DNA from: Malacoraja senta
Lineage: Eukaryota
Assembly (NCBI GenBank): GCA_038087875.1
Contig: CM075996.1
Coordinates: forward strand, 6,512,001-6,576,000
DNA length: 64,000 nucleotides
Direction: 5' to 3'
Made by a program: the position numbers and the translations under genes
Shown here: positions 36,646 through 49,985 of the stretch, piece by piece
Layout: each line of letters opens with the position of its first letter
Position numbering within the stretch: the stretch's first letter is position 1
The notes under the pieces: model-generated
Database searches by the model: none
Seen by the model: only the letters and a program-made list of their open reading frames with translations
What the model was told of the DNA's origin: nothing

Positions 36646-39600
36646 TTTTAAATCCTCTTGGCCAAGCACCATATCCCAACATTCCTGGTTCCTTGTATGC
36701 ATTCCTAATATAAAGTCTACAAGTTTAAGTGTGCAGCTTTAAGGACTGAGTTTACCATGTGGTATGATTTTGAAGCATTATAGCGCTGGGCACCGCACTT
36801 GAGTTGAGAGTTATTGCCTTTAATTAAGGATCGTTAGTTATTTTGGTGGAAAATGTAGAAACACAATTGGGGCGGCACGGTGGCACAGCAGTAGAGTTGC
36901 TGCCTTACAACGCCTGAGACAATAGACAATAGACAATAGACAATAGGTGCAGGAGTAGGCCATTCGGCCCTTCGAGCCAGCACCGCCATTCAATGTGATC
37001 ATGGCTGATCATCCCCAATCAGTACCCCGTTCCTGCCTTCTCCCCATATCCCCTGACTCCGCTATTTTTAAGGCCCTATCTAGCTCTCTCTTGAAAGCAT
37101 CCAGAGAACCTGCCTCCACCGCCCTCTGAGGCAGAGAATTCCACAGACTCACAACTCTCTGTGAGAAAAAGTCTTTCCTCGTCTCCGTTCTAAATGGCTT
37201 ACTCCTTATCCATAGACATGCAGGTTTGTAGGTTAATTGGCTTGGTAAAAATTGTAAACTGTCCCTAGTGTGTAGGATAGTGCTGGTGTACGAGGTGATA
37301 ACTTGTCAGCGCAGCAGACTCAGTGGGCCGAAGGGCCTGTTTCCACATGGCAAGTCTAAAGCAAGGCCATGATCAGACCACATCTGGGATATTGTTTATA
37401 GGCCTGGTCTCCTTATCTAAGGAAGGAACTACTTACAATAGAGTGTGGGCCATAGGTCAGATTTCGGGGTTGAAGGGATTTTTGAATGAGGAGAGATTTA
37501 GTGGAATGTGCCTTTGCTCTCTAGAGTTGATAAGAATGAAATATAATGTAGAAAATTCGTATGGGCATGACTGGGTTGTTCAGTTTATTATTGTCACATG
37601 TACCGGGTACTGTGAAAAGGTGTAGGAAGGAGCAGCAGAGGCTGGTTTATATCGAAGATGGACACAAAATGCTGTGCGGAACAGTGGCACGGTATAGAGT
37701 TGCTGCCTTACAGCGCTTGCAGCGGAGACTCAGTTTCGATCCTGACTACGGGTTCTGTCTGCACGGAGTTTGTACGTTCTCCCCGTGACTTTTCCCCGAT
37801 ATCTTTGGTTTCCTCCCACGCCCCAAAGACGTGCAGGTTTGTAAGTCAATTAGCTTGGTATAAGTGTAAATTGTCCCTAGTGTGTGTGTGTGTGTGTGTA
37901 GGATAGCGTTAATATTCGGGGATCGCTGGTCTGCGCGGACCCGGTGGGCCGAAGGGCCTGTTTCAGCGCTGTATCTCTAAAACTAAAAAGACTCCAAACT
38001 AAAACTCAGTGGGTCGGGCAGCATCTCTGGAGAAAAGGAATAAATGACGTTTCGGGTTGGAACGCATCGTCGGAATGAAAGATAGAGAGAACTTTATTTC
38101 AGTCTGAAGAAGGGTTCCAACCCGAAACGTCTCCTATTCCCTTTCACCAGAGATGCTACAGTGAAAAGATTTTGCTAGTGTGCTACCCAGCCAAAGAAAA
38201 GACTATGCATGAATACAATCAAGCATTATCATCCACAGTGCACAGATAAAGGATAGCCAGACGTGAAGGTTTATTGGCTTCTGTACATTGTCCCTAGTGT
38301 GTAAGGTAGAACTAGTGTACGGGCGATTGCTGGTCGGCGCGGACTCAGCGGGCCGAAGAGCCTGTTTCTACGCTTTTTCTCGAAGCTAATCAAAATTATG
38401 AATGACTTGCAGGAAAACATGGACACAAAGTGCTGGGGTAACTCAGCGGGTCAGGCAACATCTCTGGAGAAAAAGGATGGGTGATGTGTTGGCTCGGGAC
38501 CCTTCCTCAGACGGTCCCGACCCAAAGCGTCACCAATCCTTTTTCTCCAGAGATGCTGCCTGACCCATTGAGTTACTCCACGCATGGTGTGTCTATCTTT
38601 GGTATAAACCAGGATCTGCATTTCATTTTACACATGCTGGAAAATGTAGATGGGTTTGGTTACTTTGTTTGCAGATGCTGCATGAATTGGTGGACTGCGG
38701 ACTGTGAAAACGGCTGTCAAAAGATACAACGGTGCAAAGATGTCACAGATGTGGGCGGAGAAATGGCAGATGAAGTTTAATCCAGGCTAGTGTGAGATAT
38801 TGCACTTTGGGAGGTCCAATGTAATGAGAAAGCACACGGTTAATGGCAGGACCCTTAATAGCATTGATGTATGGAGGGACTTTGGGGTCCAAGTCCATAG
38901 ATACCTGAAAGTAGCAGCACAAGTAGATAGTGTGGTAAAGAAGGCACACAGTATGCTTGCCTCTTCATCAGGTGGGATATAGAAACCAGGAAGTCATGCT
39001 GCAGCTTTCTAAAACTTTGGTTAGGCCGCATTTAGAGCATTGTGTGCAGTTCTGGCCATTTGATTACAGGAAGGATGTACAGGCTTTGGAAAGGGTTCAA
39101 ATGAGGTTTCAAGAATGTTGCTTGCATTAAAGGGTATTAGCTATATGGGGAGGAAAAAACTGGAGATGCTGGTTTAAATCGAAGACAGACACAAAATGCT
39201 GGAGTAACTCGGCGGGACAGGCAGCTTCTCTGGTGAGAAGGAATGGGTGACGTTTCGGGTCGAGAAGTCTGAAGAAGGGTCTCGACCCGAAACGTCATCT
39301 CCAGAGATGCTGCCTGTCCCGCTGAGTTACTCCAGCATTTCGTGTCTAGCTCTATGGGGAGTTTGGACAAACTTGGATTGTTTTCTCCAGAGTTTTGGAA
39401 GCTGAGGGGAAACCTGATAGAAGTTTATGATGAAGGGAGACACAAGCGGGTGCACGAATTTCACAGTGCAGTGCAAATGTGACAATAACGCACTGTGGAA
39501 CAGCATCCCTCTTCCCATCAGAACTGCCCCCTCCATCGACTCCTTTAAGTCGAGACTTAAAACTCATCTCTACTCCCAAGCCTTTCTTGAAGTCCTCTGA

Positions 39601-41549
39601 GCGAGGGCTATATCTATGTAGTGATGTATGTATTTAATCTATGAACCACTGTTGTATAACGTTAGTACCTCCACCAATGTAAAGCACTTTGGCCAACGAG
39701 AGTTGTTTTTTAAATGTGCTATAGAAATAAAAGTGACTTGACTTGACTTGACTTGTTGAATTAATCTCTTGCACTCAAATCCTCTTGCAATTAAGGCCAA
39801 ATTACCACTTGTCTCTTGACTGTTAGCTGCACCTGTATATTTGCACACACTGACAGACACACTAGAGGCACCCAGATCCCCTTGAGTGTCAATGTTTTTC
39901 TGGTCTCCTTAAATAATACGTTACCTTTTTAGTTTAGTTTATTTTAGTTTAGAGATACAGCACGGGAACAGATCCTTCGGCCCACCGGGTCCACACTGAC
40001 CATCGATCCCCGCACATTAACACTACCCTACGCACACCAGAGACAATTTTTACAATTCTACCAAGCCAATTAACTTACAAACCTGTACGTCTTCGGAGTG
40101 TGGAAGGGAACTGAAGATCTCAGAGAAAACCCACGCAGGTCATGGGGAGAACGTAAAACTCCGTACAGACAAGCACCAGTAGTCAGGAACGAACCCAGGT
40201 CTCTGGCGCTGTGAGGAAATAGTTCTACCACTATGCCACCGTGCCGCCCCAGTTCTTACTTATGTGTCTACCTTCACATTTATCCACATTAAACTGCATC
40301 AGCCATGTATTGAAGAAGGGTTTCGGCTCGAAACGTTGCCTAGTTCCTTCGCTCCATAGATGCTGCCTCACCCGCTGAGTTTCTCTAGCAGTTTTGTCTA
40401 TCAGCCATGTATTTGTCCACTTCCTCCATTTGTCCAAATTGCCCCGAGGCCTCGGTATCTTCAGAGGTCAGTGTTATCAGGCAGCTGAACCATCCACTTA
40501 CCAACTAGAGAGCAGTTCTGATCTACCATCTTCCTCATTGGAGACCCACAGACTATCTTTAATCAGAATTTACTGGACTTTATCTTGCACTAAACGCTGT
40601 ACCCTTTATCCTGTATCCGTACAATGTGGACAGCTTGATTAGAATCGTGTACAGTCTTTTCACTGTCTGGATAGTCCGCAACAAAAAAGCTTTCCGCTGT
40701 ACCACGGGACAATAATAAACTGAACTAAACACATTCCCAATCCCAGGCACAAAAAGCTGGAGGAACTCAACGCGTCAGACAGCATCTCCTATTCCTTTTC
40801 TCCAGAGATGCTGCCTGACTCGCTGAGTTACTCCAGCTTTTTGAGTCTAGCTTCGGTTTAAACCAGCATCTACACATTCCCAATCCCACTCAGTCGAACG
40901 TGATTGTTTCCAAACCAACTCATGATTTTCCCCCCTCCCTTTCCGTGTGATCCTGCAACTGAGCCAATATTGCTGCACAGGTCCCCCACCGATGCTCCGG
41001 GCTTTACGCTGTCCCTCGGTACACGTGACAATAATAAAGCTAAACCTGAAACCCAAGGTGCCACGTAATGGGAATTGGAATAAAGTGGTTATGGAATAAA
41101 ACCATTTGAAGTAAATGGTTATCAGAATGCTGATGTATGCACCACATTATCAAAGGGGCGGTAGTGAGGGAGTGCCGCACTGTCAGAGGGGCAGTACTGC
41201 GAGAGAGTGCCTCACTGACAGAGGGGCAGTACTGAGAGAGAGTGCCTCACTGACAGAGGGGCAGTACTGATTCAAGATTCAAGAGAGTTTATTGTCATGT
41301 GTCCCAGATAGGACAATGAAATTCTTGCTTTGCTTCAGCACAACAGAATATAGAAGGCATGAATACAGAACAGATCAGTGCGTCCATATACCATTGTATA
41401 AATATATACACACACATGAATAAATAAAACAGATAAAGTGCAAATAAACAGATAATGGGCTATTAATGTTCAGAGTTTTGTTCGAGTTGAGTTCAATAGT
41501 CTGATGGCTGTGGGGAAGTAGCTGTTTCTGAACCTGGACGTTGCAGTCT

Positions 41550-42410
41550 TCGAGAGTAAGTCTGAGGTCATCCTTCTCGGCCCCTCGGACTCAATCAAAA
41601 TGATAGCAGGCAGCCTTGGAAGCCTTACCCCACTACTCAAACCTCACGTCAAAAACCTTGGCGTGATATTTGACTCAGCACTGAAATTTGACAAACAAGT
41701 CAATGCCGTGGTAAAAGCCAGCTTCTTTCAGCTTCGGACGATAGCTAAAATAAAACAATTCCTCCAGTTTGATGACCTGGAAAAGATCATCCACACATTC
41801 ATCTCCTCCCGCCTAGATTACTGCAACTCCCTTTACACTGGCATCAGCCAATCTTCCCTGTCCCGCCTGCAACTGGTCCAAAACGCCGCAGCGAGACTCC
41901 TGACGGGCACCCGAAAAAGGGACCACATCACCCCGATCCTGGCCTCTCTCCACTGGCTCCCTGTGCGGTTCCGTATAAACTTCAAGATTCTCCTCCATGT
42001 CTACAAAGCCCTCAATGGGCTTGCCCCCACCTACATAAAAAGTCTTCTCACCCACCACTCCACCTCCAGGCCCCTCAGATCGGCCGACTTGGGGTTGCTG
42101 AATATCCCACGGTCTAGGCATAAGCTCAGGGGCGACCGCGCCTTTGCGGTTGCAGCTCCTAGACTGTGGAACAGCATCCCCTTTCCCATCAGAACTGCCC
42201 CCTCCATCGACTCTTTTAAGTCAAGACTAAAAACGTATCTATACTCCCAAGCCTTTCCTGACGTCCTCTGAGTGAGAGCTACATGTATATATGTATGTAG
42301 TTTGTTTTGTTGTGCTATTCTTATAACAAATGTAAAGCACTTTGGCCAACGAGAGTTGTTTTTTAAATGTGCTATATAAATAAATGTGACTTGACGACTT
42401 GACTTGACTG
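41550..42410 (+). mobile_element. L2-clade LINE 3' fragment
   Basis: VKNLGVIFDSALKF...SRLDYCNSLY...LQLVQNAAARLL...HITPILASLHWLPV...RAFAVAAPRLWNSIP; (GACTT)n tail; a second 3' end at 39490-39755. Confidence 0.93.
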
Positions 42411-43164
42411 TACCTTCTACCTGAAGGTAGCGGGGAGATGAGTGTGTGGCCAGGATGGTGTGGGTCCTTGATGATGCTGCCAGTCTTTTTGAGGCAGCGA
42501 CTGCGATAGATCCCCTGCGATAGATGGTAGGGAGGTCAGAGCCGATGATGGACTCAGCAGTGTTTACTACTTTTTGTGGTCTTTTCCGAGCCGCACTGCC
42601 AGAGGGGGCAGTACTGAGGGAGTGCCACACTGTCAAAGGCAAAGATACTATAGCTCCTCTAGTATCTTTGGGCAGTACTGAGAGGGAGTGCCACTCTGCC
42701 AGAGGGGCTGCACTGTTGGAACTGCACTCCTCCAAAAGAGACATAGAAATGAGGCAGTGTCTGCCTTCTTTGTTATTGTGGGATTTTTTGTTCAGCATTA
42801 AATTTTTAATCTCCAATCTACCACTCACAAGTAAACACACCGAATCTCTTGCAAGATGTAGAGTTTATTTCAGTGTGCAAGTTTGCATCATCTGAAGCGT
42901 ACTCATTGCTGGGAGTGGGAAGTGTATTGGTTAGACCACAACAGCTTGGCAGCAACTGTGACCTGACAAACCAACTCAGCTAAAGCTCCACTTGCATTCA
43001 CTGTGATAAATTAGTCCTGGAATTTGCTTTTTTTTTTTTTAATGACTCTCCTGGATTTGAGACCCTCGTATGTAAATTGTCACCAGTAAACCTACTTGGC
43101 TGGAAGACCAGATGAGGGACGCTTTCTCCACCATCTTATTGCTTGTTGAAAATTAATTAATCTC

Positions 43165-43207
43165 TGCCTATCTCTCTCTCTCTCTAGCTCTCTCTGCCTC
43201 TCTCTTT

Positions 43208-43243
<36 letters not shown>

Positions 43244-43452
43244 TCTCTCTATGTCTGTCTGTCTCTCTCTGTCCCTCTCACTGTCTCTCTCCCTTTGTCT
43301 CTCTCTCTCCCTTTGTCTCTGTCTCTGTCCTTCTCTCTCTCACTCTGTCTCTGTCTCTGTCCCTCTCCGTCTGTCTGTCTCTTTCTCTCTCTCCTGTCCC
43401 TCCCTCTCTCTCCCCCCCTCTCTCTCCATCTGTCTCTCTCTCTGCCTGTCAG

Positions 43453-43485
<33 letters not shown>

Positions 43486-43621
43486 GTACCTCTCACTCTG
43501 TCTCTCTCCCTTTGTCTCTCTCCCTTTGTCTCTGTCTCTGTCCTTCTCTCTCTCTCTCTGTCCCTCTCCCTGTCTGTCTGTCTCTTTCTCTCTTTCTCCT
43601 TCTGTCCCTCCCTCTCTCTCT

Positions 43622-43665
<44 letters not shown>

Positions 43666-43695
43666 AGCCTCTTTCTCCGTCTCTCTCTCTCCATC
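43165..43695. repeat. CT-rich low-complexity tract with an internal duplication
   Basis: Directly visible. Confidence 0.95.
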
Positions 43696-45534
43696 TCAAT
43701 AAAAAGGGTAATTGCGCAGGGTCTTTTACCCAGAGTAGGGAAATCAGGAACCACGCAACGTAGGTTTAAGGTGAGAGGGGAAGGATTTAATAGGAACCTG
43801 AGGAGCAACTTTTTCATACATAGGGTGGTGGGTCTATGGAACAGAATGGAGCTGCCAGAGGAGGTAGTTGAGGCAGGTACTATAGCAACATGTAAAAGAC
43901 ATTTGGACAGATACATGAATAGGAAAGGCTTAGGGGTACAAACAAATTTGGCTAGAACTAGTGAGTTGGATAGAACTAGTATACAGGGTGATTGCTGGTT
44001 GGCATGCATTCGGTGGGCTGAAGGGCCTATATCCATGCTGTATCTCTTAAGTAAAGTAGTGTAAAGTAAAGAAAAGTAAACTAAAGGCAGAGTCGGCTTG
44101 AACAGCCACATGGCCCACTGCTGCTGTTTTTCTATGGTTATTAATCATTATCCCCACCACTTGTGGGAACTTTGCTGTGTGCAAGTTGGCTGCTGCATAG
44201 TTAGATAGAGCTCATGGGGCTAGTGGAATCAAGGGATATGGGGAGAAGGCAGGCACGGGTTATTGAATGGGGACGATCAGCCATGGTCGCAATGAATGGC
44301 GGTGCTGGCTCGAAGGGCCGAATGGCCTCCTGTACCTATTTTCTTTGTTTCTATACATCTCCCCATAGCATCTACACAGTCGTATATTGCCAGCTGTAAA
44401 GCAGTTAGGCCTATGCTGGGACAGCAGATAGCATGGTGAAATGCGAGGCCAGTGTGGAGTCTTCATGTGGACTAACGTGTCACAGTCCGGAGCCGCACTG
44501 CCGTTCTCCTCATAGTTTAAACAGCCATGTTACTCAGCAGGTCCATATCAGCCACAGGGCATCTGCCTACCCACTACACCACCAAGGGGGAGAGAGGGGC
44601 ATGAATATCAGTAAACTCATATGAGTAGACCTGTCCTAACCGACGTTTTTTTGGTGCAAAACCAACATCTTTAGACTTTAGAGAAACAGCGCGGATACAG
44701 GCCCTTTGGCCCACCGTGTCAATTAACCTACAAACCTGCGCGTCTATGGAGTGTGGGAGGAAATCGGAGCACCGGGAGAAAACCCACTCGGTCACGGGGA
44801 AAATGTACAAACTCCATATAGATAGCACCCACAGTCAGGATCGAACCCGGGTCTCTGACGCTGTGAGGCAGCTGATCTTCTGCTACACCAGAACGGAGAC
44901 GAGGAAACACTTTTTCTCACAGAGAGTGGTGAGTGTGGAATTCTCTGCCTCAGAGGGCGGTGGAGGCCGGTTCTCTGGATACTTTCAAGAGAGTGCTAGA
45001 TAGGGCTCTTAAAGATGGCGGAGTCAGAGGATATGGGGAGAAGGCAGGAACGGGGTACTGATCGGGGATGATCAGCCATGATAAAATTGAATGGCGGTGC
45101 TGGCTCAAAGGGCCGAATGGCCTACTCCTGCACCTATTGTCTATTGCGCCGTCTCTAATGGTTCAATGGAGCTTTTATTGTCACCTGTGCAAACGCACAG
45201 TGAAATTATTTTCTTGCATACAGTCCAGTAGTGTATTGCCATACGTAAGCACATCCCCGATTAGCAACGTGTACAGAAACAGTCCACTGCCCAGTTTGCC
45301 ATTTTGTTTTACAATATCAACGACTGCCTGCCATTTGGAAGAAAATTGCTCAAAACCAGAAAATTTGCAATAGCTCTGAATATCAGGGATATCTGAAGCT
45401 TTAGAATCTAAAGCAGATCTGTCACGCACATTGGCTCACACTTGCACACACGCTCATCCACTGTCATGAGAGATCTGACAGATTGCCTGGTTCAGTTAAA
45501 ATTCCACCTTTCACATTAGTATTTATTTGTGTTT

Positions 45535-46060
<526 letters not shown>

Positions 46061-46109
46061 AAGAAAGAACTGCAGATGCTGGTTTAAATCGAAGGTAGAC
46101 ACAAAATGC

Positions 46110-46445
46110 TGAGCTCATAGCATATTTCTGGTCGCTGCTGGATTTTCAACATGTTGAAAAAATTTCGGCAACAGTCGGCAACAGTGGGTTTGACGCCAAT
46201 GAGCGTCGCTTGACTTCTCCTGACATAGATGCTGTCGTAGGTTGTCGCCAGGTTAACGTAGGTTGTCACCGGTGCAGACTTTGTTTTTTCTTTGTTGTTA
46301 AAGTGATGATTCTTTATGGATTTATTATAGACAATTTCAAATTTTATGTCATAGGGGGATCCAGTCGCCAGTTTTTCGGCAATCTGCTACGACTATGACA
46401 GTCGCCGGCAGTCGCCTAAAAAATAGCCTGAATGGGACAGGCCCA
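46110..46445. mobile_element. Truncated Harbinger derivative
   Basis: Matches 27220-27420, ~28030-28070 and the right TIR (GGGACAGGCCCA) of the large element. Confidence 0.7.
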
Positions 46446-49400
46446 TTACAGAGTTTTGCTGCTGCAAGTGAGAACTTCTGAAGAAGAAAGTCTAAAGAAG
46501 GGTCTCAACCCGAAAAATCACCCATTCCTTCTCTCCAGAGATGCTGCCTGTCCTGCTGAGTTACAGCATTTTGTGTCTATCATCGATTTAAACCAGCATC
46601 TGCAATTCTTTTCTACACACAGTGAGAACTTCATTGTTCTGTTTTGGGACATAGGACGATAAAACACTCTTGACTTGGCTCTTGACCTGTTGACTCCAGA
46701 GTAATTATAATAGCGCTTTAGTTGAAAGTAAGCTTCCAGTAAAAATACTACGCAAGGAAATTGAAAGCAAAAAAATGGGCACTTATAGCCAACAAAATAA
46801 TGAAACTTTGGTGAGATGAAGTTCCTTGTAGTCAAGTTCTCTGATTCGCACGGAGTTGGGAAACAACCCTGCTCAAAACGGAACACAGGGCCAAAGCTTC
46901 CCCTAAACTGGGCGTCACTGTGGTAGAGTTGCTGCCTCACAGCGCCAATGACCTGGGTTCGAACATGACTACAGATGCTGTCTGTACAGAGTTTGCACAT
47001 TCTCCCCGTGACTGGATGGGTTTTCTCCGAGCGCTCCGGTTTCCTCCCACATTCCAAATACGAGCAAGTTTGCAGGTTAATGAGAATGATCCCGGGGATG
47101 ATTGGGTTAATGTATGATGAGCATTTGACAGCACTGGGCCTGTACTCACTGGAGTTTAAAAGGATGAGGAGGGAACTCATTGAAACTTACCGAATTATTA
47201 TTACCGTGTTATTCCTGGTTAGAGTGGATGTAGGTAGAGAGGATGTTTCCACTTGTGGGAGATTCCAGGACCACAGGGCACAAACTTAGATAACAGGAAG
47301 TACCTTCAGAACGGAAAGGAGGAGCAATTTCTTTGGTGAGAGGGTGGTGAATCTGTGGACTTCATTGCCACAGATGACTGTGGAGGCTGTCACTGGCTAT
47401 TTATAAGGCAGAGATTGACAGATTCGTGATTTGTAAGGGTGTCAAGGGTTATGGGGAAAAGGCAGGAGAAAGGGGTTGAGAGGGAAAGATAGATCAGCCA
47501 TGATTGAATGGCGGAGTAGACTTGATGGGGTAAATGGTCTAATTCTGCTCCTAGAATTTATGATAATAGCTGCTATTTCTTGATCATTTGTCACAGTTTT
47601 TTTTGGTTATTTTCACATGTAATTAACTAATTTCAAGTTGATGGATTTTGAATTTAAATTGTTACACAGATGGATATGCAGGGAATGGAGGGGCATGGAT
47701 CATGTGTAGGAGGAGGAGATTAGTTTAACTTGGCTTCATGTTGAGCTCAGACATTGTGGGTCAAAGAGCCTGTTCTTGTGCTGTATAAGAGTCATAAGAG
47801 CAGAATTAGGCCATTCGGCCCATCGAGTCTTCAATCATGGGTGATCTTTCTTTCCCTCTCAACCCTATTCTCCTGCCTTCTCCCCATTCGTTTTGACACC
47901 CGTGTTAATGAAGAACTGTACTGTACTATGTTCACTGCTATTGATTGGAAATATTTTCAAATTACGATATAGAAAATAGGTGCAGGAGGAGGCCATTCAG
48001 CCCTTCGAGCCAGCACCGCCATTCATTGTGATCATGGCTGATCGTCCCCAATCAATAACCCGTGCCTGCCTTCTCCCCATATCCCTTGATTCCACTAGCC
48101 CCTAAAGCTCTATCTAACTATCTCTTAAATCCATCCAGTGATTTGGCCTCCACTGCCCTCTGTGGCAGGGAATTCCACAAATTCACAACTCTCTGGGTGA
48201 AAAAGTTTGTTCTCACCTCAGTCTTAAATGGCCTCCCCTTTATTCTAAGACTGTGCCCCTGGTTCTGGATATAGCAGGTCATTCTGCCCAGTGGGTCTAT
48301 GCTGGCCCTCAAAGCCTTCCCATCATTTGCCTCATCCAGTATATTTCTCTGTCACCTGTTCTCATGTGTCCATCCAATTCACCCAACAAAATATTTTGCT
48401 CAGAGTAGTGGAATCGTTAACCAGAGGACATAGGTTTAAGGTGAGGGGGAAAGATTTAATAGGATCCCAAGGGGTAATTTTTTTTTTTACACAAAAGTTG
48501 TGGGTGTATGGAGCAGGCTGACGGAGGAGATAGTTGAGGCAGGTAATATCATAACATTTAAGATACAGTTGGACAGGTACATGGACAGGACAGATTTAGA
48601 GGGTTACGGACCAAACGTGGGCAGGTGGGATTAGTGCAGATGAGGCATGTTGGTCAGCGTGGGCAAGTTGGGCCGAAGGGCCTGTTTCAACTCTGTATGA
48701 TTCCATGATGATTATAACATGCAAACTCTACACAGACAGCAGCGGAGGTCAGGATCGAACCCGGGTTGCTGGAACTGCGAAGCAGCAGCTCTACCAACTG
48801 CTCCGCTCTTTCTTTGATGCGGACTTTGATGCGGATATGCTCGAATGTCGATGTTAGAAACTGCACCTATCAAGATAAGGGCTGGTACTCGAGTTTTTTT
48901 TCCTCATTCTCAGAACTTTAAGATCGAACACTTTTAAAGAATTACTCTACATAGACAAGGCATAATTTTTCCTTTGAATGTCGAAGTTCCAGCAAAGATC
49001 TGAGTAAGGTGGGAGAGTCCAGGACCGGAGGACACAGCCTCAGACTAAGGGGGGATTTCTTTAGCCAGAGGGTGGTGAATCTGTGGAATTCATTGCCACA
49101 GACGGCTGTGGAGACCAAGTCAACGGGTACCTTTAAGGCAGAGATTGAATTGCTTCTATTGTGCAGGTGAGACGGTGGAATCTAGAAGGAGATTAAAGGG
49201 ACAAAAAGAATAGGCTGGCTGGTGCAAACTCGGTGGGCTGAAGGGCCTGGTTCCACACTATTTGAACCTGTGACTCTTTAACAGAGGGATGCAATCAGGG
49301 AATACAACAAGAAGCTGGAACTCTTTCCCTCCCAAAAGGTGATGGATGCAGGAGCACTATTGAAGTTGTTAGGAGCAAGAACAACAGATGTTTTTGCTGA

Positions 49401-49671
49401 GTGTATCGAGGGATATGGAACAAAGATCAATATGTGGTCGAGGTACAGATCAATAGGTGACACAAGATGCTGCAGATGCTGGTTTTAGAAAAAAAAATGA
49501 CACAAAGTGCTGGAGTAAACAGGTCAGGCAGCATCTCTGGGGAACATGGATAGGTGACATGATGTTTTGGGTCCTGTAGGTTAACCCTTATTAATCCATG
49601 CCATTTATAATCTCCACTACACATATATGCATGCCACCCATTACATGGTATTATGGTACTACACAGCTTTA

Positions 49672-49985
49672 AGGGCCTGTCCCACTGCACGAGGTAATTC
49701 AAGAGTTCTCCCGAGTTTCCCCTGATTCGAACTCGGAGAATTACGGTAATGGCCGCTCGTAGGTACTCGGGGCTCTTTTGAGGACATTTTTCAACATGTT
49801 GAAAAAAATGTCACGAGCTTACTGCGTTTCCCGAGTACCTGCCGTTAGTGTTACGAGCCGCTAAGAGACGACCTGAGCTCCGACGTACCCGCTACGTACA
49901 TTCTACGTACTTACCACGAGTTTGATTTTTTTTTTTTAAACTCGGGAGAGCTCTTGGGTAAACTCGTATAGTGGGACAGGCCCCT
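49672..49985. mobile_element. Harbinger-type MITE
   Basis: AGGGCCTGTCCCAC...GTGGGACAGGCCCCT with TTA flanks. Confidence 0.8.
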
